From positions 736,001-800,000 of the forward strand of contig CAWFXA010000002.1 in NCBI GenBank assembly GCA_963819655.1: 64,000 nt of DNA, written 5' to 3'. The stretch comes from an uncultured Chloroflexia bacterium. Its GTDB lineage: Bacteria; Chloroflexota; Limnocylindria; Limnocylindrales; CSP1-4. Shown piece by piece: positions 10,027 to 18,553 of this stretch (positions are counted from its first letter, which is position 1; each line of letters opens with the position of its first letter). Both the position numbers and the translations under genes were made by a program. The notes under the pieces are model-generated. The model did no database searches, was not told the origin of the DNA, and was given only the letters and a program-made list of their open reading frames with translations.

Positions 10027-10408
10027 GGTTGGCGTCGCACGGACGTTCCACGCGCTGCATCAGCTCGAGGCCGAGGACCCGACCGCCAGCCACGAGCACA
10101 GTCACGACTACCGCGCCGAGGTAGTCGCGCGGGGCGAACGCCTCGACGAGGACGCCATGCTGGTCGACCTCGACCTCCTCGGGGCGGCATTGTCGGACTG
10201 CCTCGCGGAGCTCGACTCGGTCGATCTCGGAAGTCTGGCCGAATTCGCGGGCCGGAATACGACGGTCGAGACGGTCGCCGAGCACATCTGGACCCATGTC
10301 CGGGACCGCCTGCCTCGCGCGTCGGCGCTCGCCGGTCTCCGCGTCACCGTCTACGAGTCAGCTGACGCCTGGGCGTCCGTCGACCGGCCCGTCCGGAATG
10401 GGTCGTGA
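10019..10408 (+). CDS. 6-pyruvoyl-tetrahydropterin synthase/QueD family protein (PTPS-IV-like)
   Basis: FHALH...HEHSHDY metal His, LVDL, FAGRNTTVE, VTVYES. Confidence 0.88.
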   Translation: MFEVGVARTFHALHQLEAEDPTASHEHSHDYRAEVVARGERLDEDAMLVDLDLLGAALSDCLAELDSVDLGSLAEFAGRNTTVETVAEHIWTHVRDRLPRASALAGLRVTVYESADAWASVDRPVRNGS

Positions 10409-10442
10409 CTCGCGCGGTCATGGCCGGCACCTGGCGCGGCTG

Positions 10443-11573
10443 TCAGGGACCTGCCCCTGGTCGCGGAGCACGCTTTTGGTGCCCTGACAACACCTCGTGG
10501 ATGATCGCGAAGAAGCGTGCCGCCGTCTCATTCCACGTCGGACGCACCGCTGCGCGGACGTGGGCGGCGTGTCCCAGTCGCTTGCGAAGCGTTGGGTCGC
10601 GGGCCAGCCACTCGATCGCGCGGCCGAGCGCCGGGACGTCGCCCACGGGCACGAGCACGCCGTCGCGGCCGTGATCTGCCAGGAAGGGCAGGTTCCCGGC
10701 CTGCCAGCCGACCACCGGGAGCCCCGCCGCCATCGCCTCTCCCCAGACGGTTCCATACGGCTCCTCGAAGCTCGGCAGCACGAAGGCGTCCACAGTTCGG
10801 TACATCAGGTGCACCCCCGCGGGGCGGATGAGGCCGTGCACCACTACTCGGTCACGAAGGTCGGCGTGCCCGATCCGCTCGTGCACACGACCGGCATACC
10901 CGCCGCGCGTCGCCGTGTCGCCGACGAGGTGGAGGGTGACGACGTCGTCGGGCAGGCCCGCGATGGCCTCCAGGAGTTCGACGATCCCCTTCCGTGGCAG
11001 CCAGTTCGCTACGCAGACGGCGGCCGTGAGGCGACCTCTTCGGAGGCTGGCCCGATCGATGCCACCGATGTCATCCTCGCCGGTCGGACCGCCGGTCGCG
11101 ACGTCCAGATCCTTGCCGGGCGGGACCACCCGGAGTCGATCACTCGGCAGACCCGCTGCCACGAGCTCGGCCGCGAGCCACTCGCTGGCGACCATCAGGA
11201 CCTTGCAGGCGCGGTACGCGCGCCAGTCAAAAGGCCTTCGGAACCGACGCTGGAAGTGGGGCGCGTCGATCCCGCCGGGCGGCTGATGCAACATGCCGAC
11301 GACGGGCGCGCGGACAAAGCCGAGCCAGAGCGCGGCAGCGCTCGCCGCGATGCTGTCGAGCACGAGAACGTCGGCGCTCCGGGTCGCACGCGCGAGCAGC
11401 CACGCCGGCCCGGCCGCCGTCGCCCAAGGCAGCGGAAGGTCGGGGATCGAGACGAACCGCATCTCGGCGCCGTGGTCCGGCGCGCGCTCCGCGAGGCGCC
11501 GGTGAAACAAGTAGCCGCCTGTCACGCGGCTCGGATCGCCGACCGTTAGGAGCGTCACCCGGGTGCGTGTCAT
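10443..11573 (-). CDS. Glycosyltransferase family 4
   Basis: GDPSRVTGGYLF, ANWLPRKG, PSFEEPYGTVWGEAMAAGLPVV; alternative GTG start 11558. Confidence 0.9.
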   Translation of the reverse strand: MTRTRVTLLTVGDPSRVTGGYLFHRRLAERAPDHGAEMRFVSIPDLPLPWATAAGPAWLLARATRSADVLVLDSIAASAAALWLGFVRAPVVGMLHQPPGGIDAPHFQRRFRRPFDWRAYRACKVLMVASEWLAAELVAAGLPSDRLRVVPPGKDLDVATGGPTGEDDIGGIDRASLRRGRLTAAVCVANWLPRKGIVELLEAIAGLPDDVVTLHLVGDTATRGGYAGRVHERIGHADLRDRVVVHGLIRPAGVHLMYRTVDAFVLPSFEEPYGTVWGEAMAAGLPVVGWQAGNLPFLADHGRDGVLVPVGDVPALGRAIEWLARDPTLRKRLGHAAHVRAAVRPTWNETAARFFAIIHEVLSGHQKRAPRPGAGP

Positions 11574-11692
11574 TCATGTCGCTCCCACTGCGTTTGGAAG
11601 GCAGGGCCTGTTTGGCGGCGGCGAGCGGTACCCACTTCGGCAGCGGCTTCGTGCCGACCGAGTCGATGCCGGAGCCGCTCCGCACGTTTGCC
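11563..11692 (+). pseudogene. Fused fragments: GT4 N-terminus (11563-11634) and ABC-2 permease piece (11636-11692)
   Basis: VRVIHVAPTAFGRQGLFGGGERYP, then in another frame FGSGFVPTESMPEPLRTFA. Confidence 0.6.
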
Positions 11693-11703
11693 GGGCTCGG
11701 ACG

Positions 11704-12114
11704 TCAATTCCCGCCGTCGGCATCGAGCGCGCGCCAGAAGCTCAGCCAGTTTCCATGCGGGTCTGCCACCGTGAATTCGCGCTGGCCCCATGGTCGGTCG
11801 GCGATGGGGTCGACGATTTCGATCCCACCCTTCTCCAGGCGTTCGTATTGGGCATCCAGGTCCGGCGACTCGATGTACATGGCCGTTGGCCCCGGAGCTC
11901 CCATCCGTTTGGCGATGGCTTCGTTGTATGACGCCGCGTAGTAATCGGTCGGCACGCTGTCCAGCATGATCCGGGCGTCACCGAACGAGAGCGCCACATT
12001 CCCGTCCGCGGGACCGCCTCGCTCGATTGTGAAGCCGAGCCGATCTCTGTAGAACTCGGTCGCGGCAGCCATATCCGGTACTCGGATCGCCGGGACCAGA
12101 CTCGATCCACTCAC
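11704..12114 (-). CDS. VOC/glyoxalase family protein
   Basis: PAIRVPDMAAATEFYRDRLGF...DRPWGQREFTVADPHGN. Confidence 0.9.
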   Translation of the reverse strand: MSGSSLVPAIRVPDMAAATEFYRDRLGFTIERGGPADGNVALSFGDARIMLDSVPTDYYAASYNEAIAKRMGAPGPTAMYIESPDLDAQYERLEKGGIEIVDPIADRPWGQREFTVADPHGNWLSFWRALDADGGN

Positions 12115-12346
12115 CCGACCCTCCTCCCATGTTGAAGCTCATTTCGGATCCGCTGGCCCCTCAGGGCCTAGCGCGAATCTTAGGCCGTGCAGTTGGGAAG
12201 CAGCGGCAGACGAAGCGAGTTCGCCCTTCGCCCCGCATCGGAGGCCGGAGTTGACTCGCGAATATCGGTGGGTCGAACGGTCACAGGCGTGAGCGCGACC
12301 CCGGTCTTGCTGGCGGCGGATCGACGCGCGGTCTAGGGTGGACGCG

Positions 12347-13291
12347 ATGCGCAGAGCCGTCGCGGTCATAGGCGCGCCCTCCAGCATCGGTCTTCGCCCC
12401 CATGACGAGACCGGTGCGCCCCAGGAAGTGAGTCGCGGGCCCGGTGTCCTCCGGGCGGTGCGGCATGATCGAGCGGCTGCATGCCACCGACCTCGGCGAT
12501 GTGCTGCCGCCGCCCTACGAGGACTTCACGCGGCCGCCCGGCAAGGCCCGGAACGAGGCCGGAGTCGCCTCGTACGCCCGGTCGCTCGGCGAACGAATCG
12601 CAGAAAGGCTCGACGACGATCGGTTCGTCGTCGTCCTCGGCGGCGACTGCAGCATCGTGCTCGGCTGCCTGCTCGGTGCCCGCGGCGCGCGCGGGACGGT
12701 GGCGAGCCCGAGCCGGGTCGGGCTGGTGTACGTCGACGCGCACGCCGACTTCGCGAGCCCCGAGGAGTCGATGACCGGATCGGTGGCCAGCATGGGGCTG
12801 GCGCTCGCCGTTGGGCGCGGTGACTCGCCGCTCGCGAGCCTGGCCGGTCAGGAGCCCCTCGTGCTCGGGAATGATGTCGCCCTGGTCGGGCGACGGGACC
12901 AGGGCCAGTCGTACGGCCACGAGGCGCTCGCGGTCTCGGGCATCCTCGACCTGACGTGGGCGACGATCGCGCCGGGCGGGGACGCCTTCCTCCCGAACGT
13001 GCTTGACGCAGCGACGTCGACGTTCTCGAGCGGGTGGCGAGGAGCGACCTGGACGGGTTCTGGATCCTCGTCGACGCCGACGTGCTCAACCCGGAGGTCA
13101 TGCCCGCGGTCGGGTCGCCCGAGCCAGGCGGTCCGTCGATCGACGAGCTCGCAGCCCTGCTCGCCCCGCTAGTCAGCCACCCGAAGGCGCGCGGCCTGGC
13201 GCTCACGCTGTACGACCCCTCGCTCGACCCTGACAGGTCGTCCGCGGCCAGGCTGGTGGAGCTGCTCGGCGCGTCACTCGTGGGCGGCTGA
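12347..13291 (+). pseudogene. Arginase-family (ureohydrolase) gene with two apparent frameshifts (~12458, ~13022)
   Basis: IGAPSSIGL (frame A), GGDCS and DAHADF (frame B), VDADVL...PEPGG, YDPSLDPD (frame A); may be sequencing errors. Confidence 0.8.
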
Positions 13292-13295
13292 CGAC

Positions 13296-14201
13296 ATGCC
13301 CCGCCACCTTGACATCGTCGGCGCCCCGAGCAGCGCCGGCGCGTATGCACCCGGCCAGGAGCGGGCGCCCCAGGCCTTGCGCGCCGCCGGACTTCTGGCT
13401 TTCCTCGAGGAGCGAGGCATCGCCGTCAACGATCGCGGCGACGTGCCCGGCTTCCGCTGGCGGATCGACCGGGAGAACTCGCGAGCCATGAACGCCGATG
13501 CGGCCGCCGACATCGCTCGCGCGGTCGCGGACCAGGTGGCGGAGTCCTTGGCAGAGGGCTCGGCGATCCTCGTCCTCGGCGGCGACTGCACGGTCGAGCT
13601 CGGCACGGTCGCCGGGGCCACTCGGGAAACGCCAGACGCGGGGCTGGTCTACATCGACTACGACACTGACATGAACACTCCCCTGAGCGTCGAGGACGGG
13701 GCGCTCGACTGGATGGGCGTCGCTCACCTGCTAGGCGTCCCGGACACGGTTCCGATCCTGGCCGGGGTCGGTCCGCGGACGCCGATGCTGCGCCCGGACC
13801 AGGTCCTCCTGTTCGCCAATGGCAGTTCGACCGCCTTCGAGCGACGGACGATCGACGAGCTCGGGATCGAAGAGGTCCCATTTGCCCAGGTGACGGCGGA
13901 TCCGACAGCTGAAGCGCGCGCGGTCGTCAAGGGCTGGGCTCGACGCTTCGAGCATTTGCTCGTCCACGTCGACGTTGACGTCCTGGACTTCCTCGACTTC
14001 CCGATCGCCGAGGAGACGCGCCGCAACCGCGGACTTCGCTTCGAGCAGCTCGTGGCCGCGCTGCGGGAGCTCGTCGCGGCACCGAACTGGGTGGCCCTGA
14101 CGATCTGCGAGATCAACCCCGACCACGACCCCGATGGCTCTTCGATGCGCAGGCTCAGCGAGGCGATCGCGGACGTCCTAGCTGGCGCCGCTATCGAATA
14201 G
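13296..14201 (+). CDS. Arginase-family protein (atypical metal site)
   Basis: GAPSSAGA, GGDCT, IDYDTDMN, HVDVDV, EINPDHD. Confidence 0.88.
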   Translation: MPRHLDIVGAPSSAGAYAPGQERAPQALRAAGLLAFLEERGIAVNDRGDVPGFRWRIDRENSRAMNADAAADIARAVADQVAESLAEGSAILVLGGDCTVELGTVAGATRETPDAGLVYIDYDTDMNTPLSVEDGALDWMGVAHLLGVPDTVPILAGVGPRTPMLRPDQVLLFANGSSTAFERRTIDELGIEEVPFAQVTADPTAEARAVVKGWARRFEHLLVHVDVDVLDFLDFPIAEETRRNRGLRFEQLVAALRELVAAPNWVALTICEINPDHDPDGSSMRRLSEAIADVLAGAAIE

Positions 14202-14405
14202 CTCTCCTGGGGATGGCTCGCCTGACACCCGCGGTTTCAGACGGCGCGAGGCGTCCGATCCGAAGTTGAACACACGGCCCGTGAACGTGAAACCGGGCCT
14301 GATACTGGCGAGTGGCCAGTCGGTAGGGAGGCGGCAGCTGGCCTGGACCCATCGCGGTGATGGCACAACAGAGTTATGTTCGGCCAGGCGTCAGCGGCCC
14401 ACAGG

Positions 14406-14957
14406 CTACTCGTCGGGCGGGTCCTTGAGAGCCGGCGGTAGACCGACGAACCAATCGGCGACGGCCCGCTCGTAGGCGATGCCAAACGCGAGCGTCGCCG
14501 CCCCGTACGGGTCGCGCCCGCCGTCCGCGACGGCTTGTTCAGCGGCGTCCTGCGTCTCGTAGACGTGGAGGCGCTCCGCGTGGGCCTCGCGATGCTGGCG
14601 GATGAACGCGGCCAGGCGGTCCCGTGGGACATGGCGCCCGAAGCTGATGGCCAGCAGCAGCGGATGGCGGATCGTCTCGGCGCCCGGCGGGCGGACGACC
14701 CACTCCGCGAACGCCGCTCGGCCAGGGTCTGCCACGGCATATGGTCGACGGTCCCGCGTCCCTCGCTCACCGGCCGTGACGAGTCCCGCTTCGGCCATCC
14801 ATGCGAGCTCGCGATAGACCTGACTCTGTGTCAGCGACCAGAAGTCGCCGATGACCCGCTGGGCCGTCGATGCCAGCTCGTAGCCGGTCATGGGGCCGTC
14901 GTGGAGGAACCCGAGTAGCGATGCAGCGGTGGCGTTCAGTGGCCGTCGGTCTGTCAC
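14406..14957 (-). CDS. PadR-family regulator with C-terminal domain
   Basis: LLGFLHDGPMTGYEL...FWSLTQSQVYREL. Confidence 0.9.
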   Translation of the reverse strand: MTDRRPLNATAASLLGFLHDGPMTGYELASTAQRVIGDFWSLTQSQVYRELAWMAEAGLVTAGERGTRDRRPYAVADPGRAAFAEWVVRPPGAETIRHPLLLAISFGRHVPRDRLAAFIRQHREAHAERLHVYETQDAAEQAVADGGRDPYGAATLAFGIAYERAVADWFVGLPPALKDPPDE

Positions 14958-14972
14958 CGATCTTGCTCCCTC

Positions 14973-15026
14973 TTGACATAACACTGTGGTAGGTCAATAG
15001 TATCCCACAAACACATGCCACAGTAG
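14973..15026. promoter_or_regulatory. Divergent promoter region; TTGAC-N15-GTCAA inverted repeat and ACTGTGG/CCACAGT boxes
   Basis: AT-rich island between padR and the membrane gene; TTGACA -35-like hexamer. Confidence 0.55.
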
Positions 15027-15045
15027 CATATCAAGGAGCCGTGGG

Positions 15046-15801
15046 ATGAAAATCGAAGCGACACGTGGATCCGACCGCTGGCTATTCCTGATCGGTGGCG
15101 TCGCGGCGATCGCTGGATCACTGATCGGGATGGTCGGCAACCTCATCCATCCTGACACCCCGATCGGCGACCCAACCGGCGTGGCTCGGGCGATCGCCCA
15201 GAGCGAGTCCTGGTTGCCGATCCACATGGCGATCGTCCTCGGGATCGTGCTGATGTTGTTTGGTCTGGTGGCGCTCGCCTACTCGGTCCGCGGCGACCTG
15301 GCTGTCGCACTCGCACGCTTCGCTCTCGCGACGGCGATCGCCGGCGTCGCAGTCGGTCTCGTCCTCGTCATCCTCGACGGGGTGGCGGCCCGCCAGCTGG
15401 CGGAGGACTGGGCGACGGCATCCGCAGCCGAACAGGCGACCGCCCTTCGCATCCTGGCCGCCAACGAGACGATCAACTTCGCGCTGGCCAGCCTCTTCAA
15501 CCTCCTGTTCGCAGGCGTCGCATTCATCCTGTTCGGGTTCGCGGTGGCCGCGAGCGACGGCTATCCGCGTTGGCTGGGCCTGCTCGTCGTGCTCGGTGGA
15601 TTGGAGTCGATCGGCGCCGGCCTCGTCCAGGCTGAAGCTGGTGAGCCGCTCGCTGCTTCGCGGGTCCTGACGATCATCGGCCCAACGGTCATCACCGTGT
15701 GGCTGCTTGTGATGGGGATCCTCCTCGTGCGAAAGGGTTGGCGCCTCGGCGCGGCGACGTACGCGGAGCGACTCCCGATCGCCGCGGAGTCGGTGTCGTG
15801 A
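15046..15801 (+). CDS. DUF4386-like multi-pass membrane protein
   Basis: About 6 TM segments, GNLIHP, LDGVA, YPRWLG; AAGGAG RBS. Confidence 0.75.
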   Translation: MKIEATRGSDRWLFLIGGVAAIAGSLIGMVGNLIHPDTPIGDPTGVARAIAQSESWLPIHMAIVLGIVLMLFGLVALAYSVRGDLAVALARFALATAIAGVAVGLVLVILDGVAARQLAEDWATASAAEQATALRILAANETINFALASLFNLLFAGVAFILFGFAVAASDGYPRWLGLLVVLGGLESIGAGLVQAEAGEPLAASRVLTIIGPTVITVWLLVMGILLVRKGWRLGAATYAERLPIAAESVS

Positions 15802-15863
15802 TGGCACCCGAGTCGCGGCGGCTGGCCGGCATCATCCTCAGTCCGGATAGGCCCGCCGGTCAG

Positions 15864-16238
15864 CTACAGGTCGACCTGGACCTCGCCGTTGGCGACGTGG
15901 AGGGGGTAGCTGCGCACGGGGTCCTCAGCCGGACCGCGCACGACCGCACCGCTCGTGACGTCGAAGCGGCTTCCGTGGCAGGCACACTGCACCGTAGACC
16001 CGTCGAGCTTCCCATCACCCAGAGAGCAACCCCTGTGGGTGCAGGTGTCGTCGATGGCAAAGAGCGTCCCTGCCACGTTTGCGAGGGTGATCCGCGTTCC
16101 CTTGGAGCGACCGGCCCCGATCGTCCTCAGGAGCGGGATCCGGCTCCGACCGACCGCTTCGGCGCCATGCTCACGGACCTCGAACGCCCGCACATGCCCG
16201 GGCTCGACGTCGGTCGTGCGCGCAATGGTTCTCAGCAT
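15864..16238 (-). CDS. Rieske (2Fe-2S) ferredoxin with 24-aa insertion
   Basis: CTHRGC and CACHGSRFD Rieske motifs; insertion between FEVR and GTRI. Confidence 0.9.
   Translation of the reverse strand: MLRTIARTTDVEPGHVRAFEVREHGAEAVGRSRIPLLRTIGAGRSKGTRITLANVAGTLFAIDDTCTHRGCSLGDGKLDGSTVQCACHGSRFDVTSGAVVRGPAEDPVRSYPLHVANGEVQVDL
16101..16172. repeat. 72-bp imperfect palindrome inserted in frame in the Rieske gene
   Basis: Concentric stems GAGC/GCTC, GGCCCCGA/TCGGCGCC, GTC/GAC, GGAGC/GCTCC. Confidence 0.55.
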
Positions 16239-16426
16239 CTCTGAACCTCCTCGAAGGACCACTTTGATCTCTCGTCAGGTGTCGTGTCCACATGGGCCTC
16301 AGGTCCCGACAAGGCCCGCGCGAGCGATGGCGTCGGATCGTGCGCAGTGCTGTCGGGACCCGCAAAGACGCCGCCGATCATCGCGACCCAGCCAAGGCTG
16401 CGTGAGACTATCTCGACCGAGGCGGT

Positions 16427-17074
16427 TCAGACCCCTGCCCGGGTGAACGTCACATGCGTGACGCCGCTCGGCGAGGTGGTCGACTCGATCTCGTAGTCCT
16501 TCTCGAGGCCTTCAAGTCCGTCCCAGAGGCGTTCGCCCCGGCCCAGCAGGATCGGGACCATCGCGATGTGCATGTGGTCGACGAGCCGCGCACCCACGAA
16601 CTCGCGGATCACGGTGACGCCCCCGCCGATGCGTACGTCCTGGCCGCCGGCAGCCTCGCGGGCCGTCTCGAGCGCTTCGGCAGGCGAAGCGTCGAGGAAA
16701 TGGAACGTCGTGCCGCCCTCCATCTCGATCGACGGGCGCGGGTCATGGGTGAGGACGAAGACCGGTGTATGGAACGGAGGGTTGGCACCCCACCAGCCCT
16801 TCCACTCCGGGTCCGCGTGCCATCCGGGCGGACCGAACTTCCCGGCACCCATGATCTCCGCGCCGATCCCCCGATCGTGCAGCCGCAAGAAGGTGTCGTC
16901 GAGGCCGCCGCTGCCGCCGGACTCGCCGACCCTCTGGCGCCACCACCGGGTGACGAACATCCACTCGTGCAGCCTCTCGCCGGCGTGGCCGAACGGTGCC
17001 TCGAGGCTCTGACCCTCGCCGGTGCCGAAACCGTCGAGCGAGATCGAGAAGAATTGGACGCGGGCGAGTGACAT
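16427..17074 (-). CDS. Dihydrofolate reductase-like (RibD C-terminal) protein
   Basis: SISLDGF, WWGANPPFHTPVFVLTH, IGGG, VPILLGRG. Confidence 0.9.
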   Translation of the reverse strand: MSLARVQFFSISLDGFGTGEGQSLEAPFGHAGERLHEWMFVTRWWRQRVGESGGSGGLDDTFLRLHDRGIGAEIMGAGKFGPPGWHADPEWKGWWGANPPFHTPVFVLTHDPRPSIEMEGGTTFHFLDASPAEALETAREAAGGQDVRIGGGVTVIREFVGARLVDHMHIAMVPILLGRGERLWDGLEGLEKDYEIESTTSPSGVTHVTFTRAGV

Positions 17075-17086
17075 AACTGCTCGTCC

Positions 17087-17473
17087 TTACGCCAGCTGCA
17101 CGATCTGGATGAGGTTGCCGCAGGTGTCGTCGAAGACGGCCGTGGTGACGTCGCCCATCTCGGTCGGCTCCTGGGTGAATCTCACGCCCTTCGATCGAAG
17201 CCGATCGAACTCCGCCTGAACGTCGTCGACCGCGAATGACGTAGCCGGGATCCCGTCCTCGACCAGGGCATCTTTGAACGGCTTGACGGCTCGATGTTCG
17301 GATGGCTCGAGCAGAAGCTCGGTCCCATCTGGCTGCTCCGGCGACACGACGGTGAGCCACGAGGCATCGCCGAGAGGGATATCCGTCTTCTTCTGGAAGC
17401 CGAGGGTGTTGGTGTAGAACTCGAGTGCCTTCTTCTGGTCGTCGACCAAGACGCTCGTGACATAGATTCGCAT
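17087..17473 (-). CDS. VOC/glyoxalase family protein
   Basis: VDDQKKALEFYTNTLGF...FDDTCGNLIQI. Confidence 0.92.
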   Translation of the reverse strand: MRIYVTSVLVDDQKKALEFYTNTLGFQKKTDIPLGDASWLTVVSPEQPDGTELLLEPSEHRAVKPFKDALVEDGIPATSFAVDDVQAEFDRLRSKGVRFTQEPTEMGDVTTAVFDDTCGNLIQIVQLA

Positions 17474-17486
17474 TCGAACGCTCCTT

Positions 17487-17750
17487 TCAGTCTGGAATCG
17501 GCCACCGTTCCGTGATCTGCTTGAGCGGCGCCCGGTCGAGGTAGTGGAACTTGTACCGGCCCTCGCGTCTGACCCGAACCAGGCCAGCGGCCTCGAGCAC
17601 CTCGAGGTGTTGCGAGATCGCCTGGCGCGTCGAGTCGATCCCGTGCTTCATCAACAGGCGAGTGCAGAGTTCGAACAAGGTCTGACCGTCGCGCTCGGTC
17701 AGCTCATCGAGGATGGTCCGCCTGGTGGGATCGGCAAGGGCCTTGAACAC
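17487..17750 (-). CDS. ArsR-family regulator
   Basis: VFKALADPTRRTILDEL...RQAISQHLEVLEAAGLV. Confidence 0.88.
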   Translation of the reverse strand: MFKALADPTRRTILDELTERDGQTLFELCTRLLMKHGIDSTRQAISQHLEVLEAAGLVRVRREGRYKFHYLDRAPLKQITERWPIPD

Positions 17751-17762
17751 GTCCAGGACGTC

Positions 17763-17792
17763 AGAATAGGCAAGGCGATACTTGCCTGTCAA
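17763..17792 (-). promoter_or_regulatory. sigma70-type promoter TTGACA-N18-TATTCT with operator AGGCAAG-N6-CTTGCCT in the spacer
   Basis: Read directly upstream of the ArsR start. Confidence 0.7.
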
Positions 17793-18364
17793 GCTCGAGG
17801 AGGCCACCGCTCGTAGAAGAGGTAGGCGGTGTCTCCGTCAAGGGTCCGTACGTCGACGAGGCGCATCGCCTTCTTGGAGGTGGTCTCGCCGAAGAGCCCC
17901 TCGCCGGCGCCGAGCACGACCGGGAAGACCTTCAGCCGCAGCTCGTCGACAAGATCGTGCTCCAGCAGCGTGCGCACGATCCGGAAGCTCGCGGGGATCA
18001 CGATGTCCCCGGTGAACTCGCGCGTCAGCTTCGAGACCTCGTCGAGCAGGTCCCCCTTGACAACGGTCGAGTTGTTCCACTCGGGATCTTCGAGTGTCGA
18101 GGACACGACGAACTTAGGAAGGACGTTCAACCTGTCAGCAAGCGCGCCAGTCCGGGATGGCCACCGGGCGGCGAACCATTCGTATGTCCGCCGACCCATC
18201 AGCATGGCCTCGCAGCCGAGGGCCTCATCGAGCGCGAGCTGTGCTAGCTCTGGGCGGTCCTTGATCAGGCCGACCCAACCGCCCCGCGGGAAGCCTTCGT
18301 CTCCGGCCGGGTCCTGGATGACTCCGTCGAGTGAGACGTTGTCGCTCACGACGATCTTTCCCAC
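17789..18364 (-). CDS. Dihydrofolate reductase-like (RibD C-terminal) protein
   Basis: NVSLDGVIQ, MGRRTYE, LVDELRLKVFPVVLGAG; GGAGG RBS. Confidence 0.88.
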   Translation of the reverse strand: MGKIVVSDNVSLDGVIQDPAGDEGFPRGGWVGLIKDRPELAQLALDEALGCEAMLMGRRTYEWFAARWPSRTGALADRLNVLPKFVVSSTLEDPEWNNSTVVKGDLLDEVSKLTREFTGDIVIPASFRIVRTLLEHDLVDELRLKVFPVVLGAGEGLFGETTSKKAMRLVDVRTLDGDTAYLFYERWPPRA

Positions 18365-18483
18365 TTCACGTCCTCCTTCGGTTCCCCACGTAGCTCTGTG
18401 CCCCAACCGCCCAGACGCGGCGCCCGCGCGACCTCCCACATCGTGAGCCACGGTTCGGCGGGAGGTCCGCTCGCCATCACGGG

Positions 18484-18535
18484 TTGACGCAACCAGCCGG
18501 TTGCGATACCTTTGGTAGCAACCGAATGGTTGCTA
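18484..18535 (+). promoter_or_regulatory. Promoter TTGACG-N17-TACCTT with two GCAACC-N4-GGTTGC operators
   Basis: CGCAACC-AGCC-GGTTGCG 18488-18505; TAGCAACC-GAAT-GGTTGCTA 18516-18535. Confidence 0.8.
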
Positions 18536-18553
18536 TGTACGAAGGAGGCTGTC

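Noticed and set aside
14202-14405. Short ORFs between arginase and padR
   Set aside because: No RBS or recognisable motif in any frame; cannot support a gene or RNA
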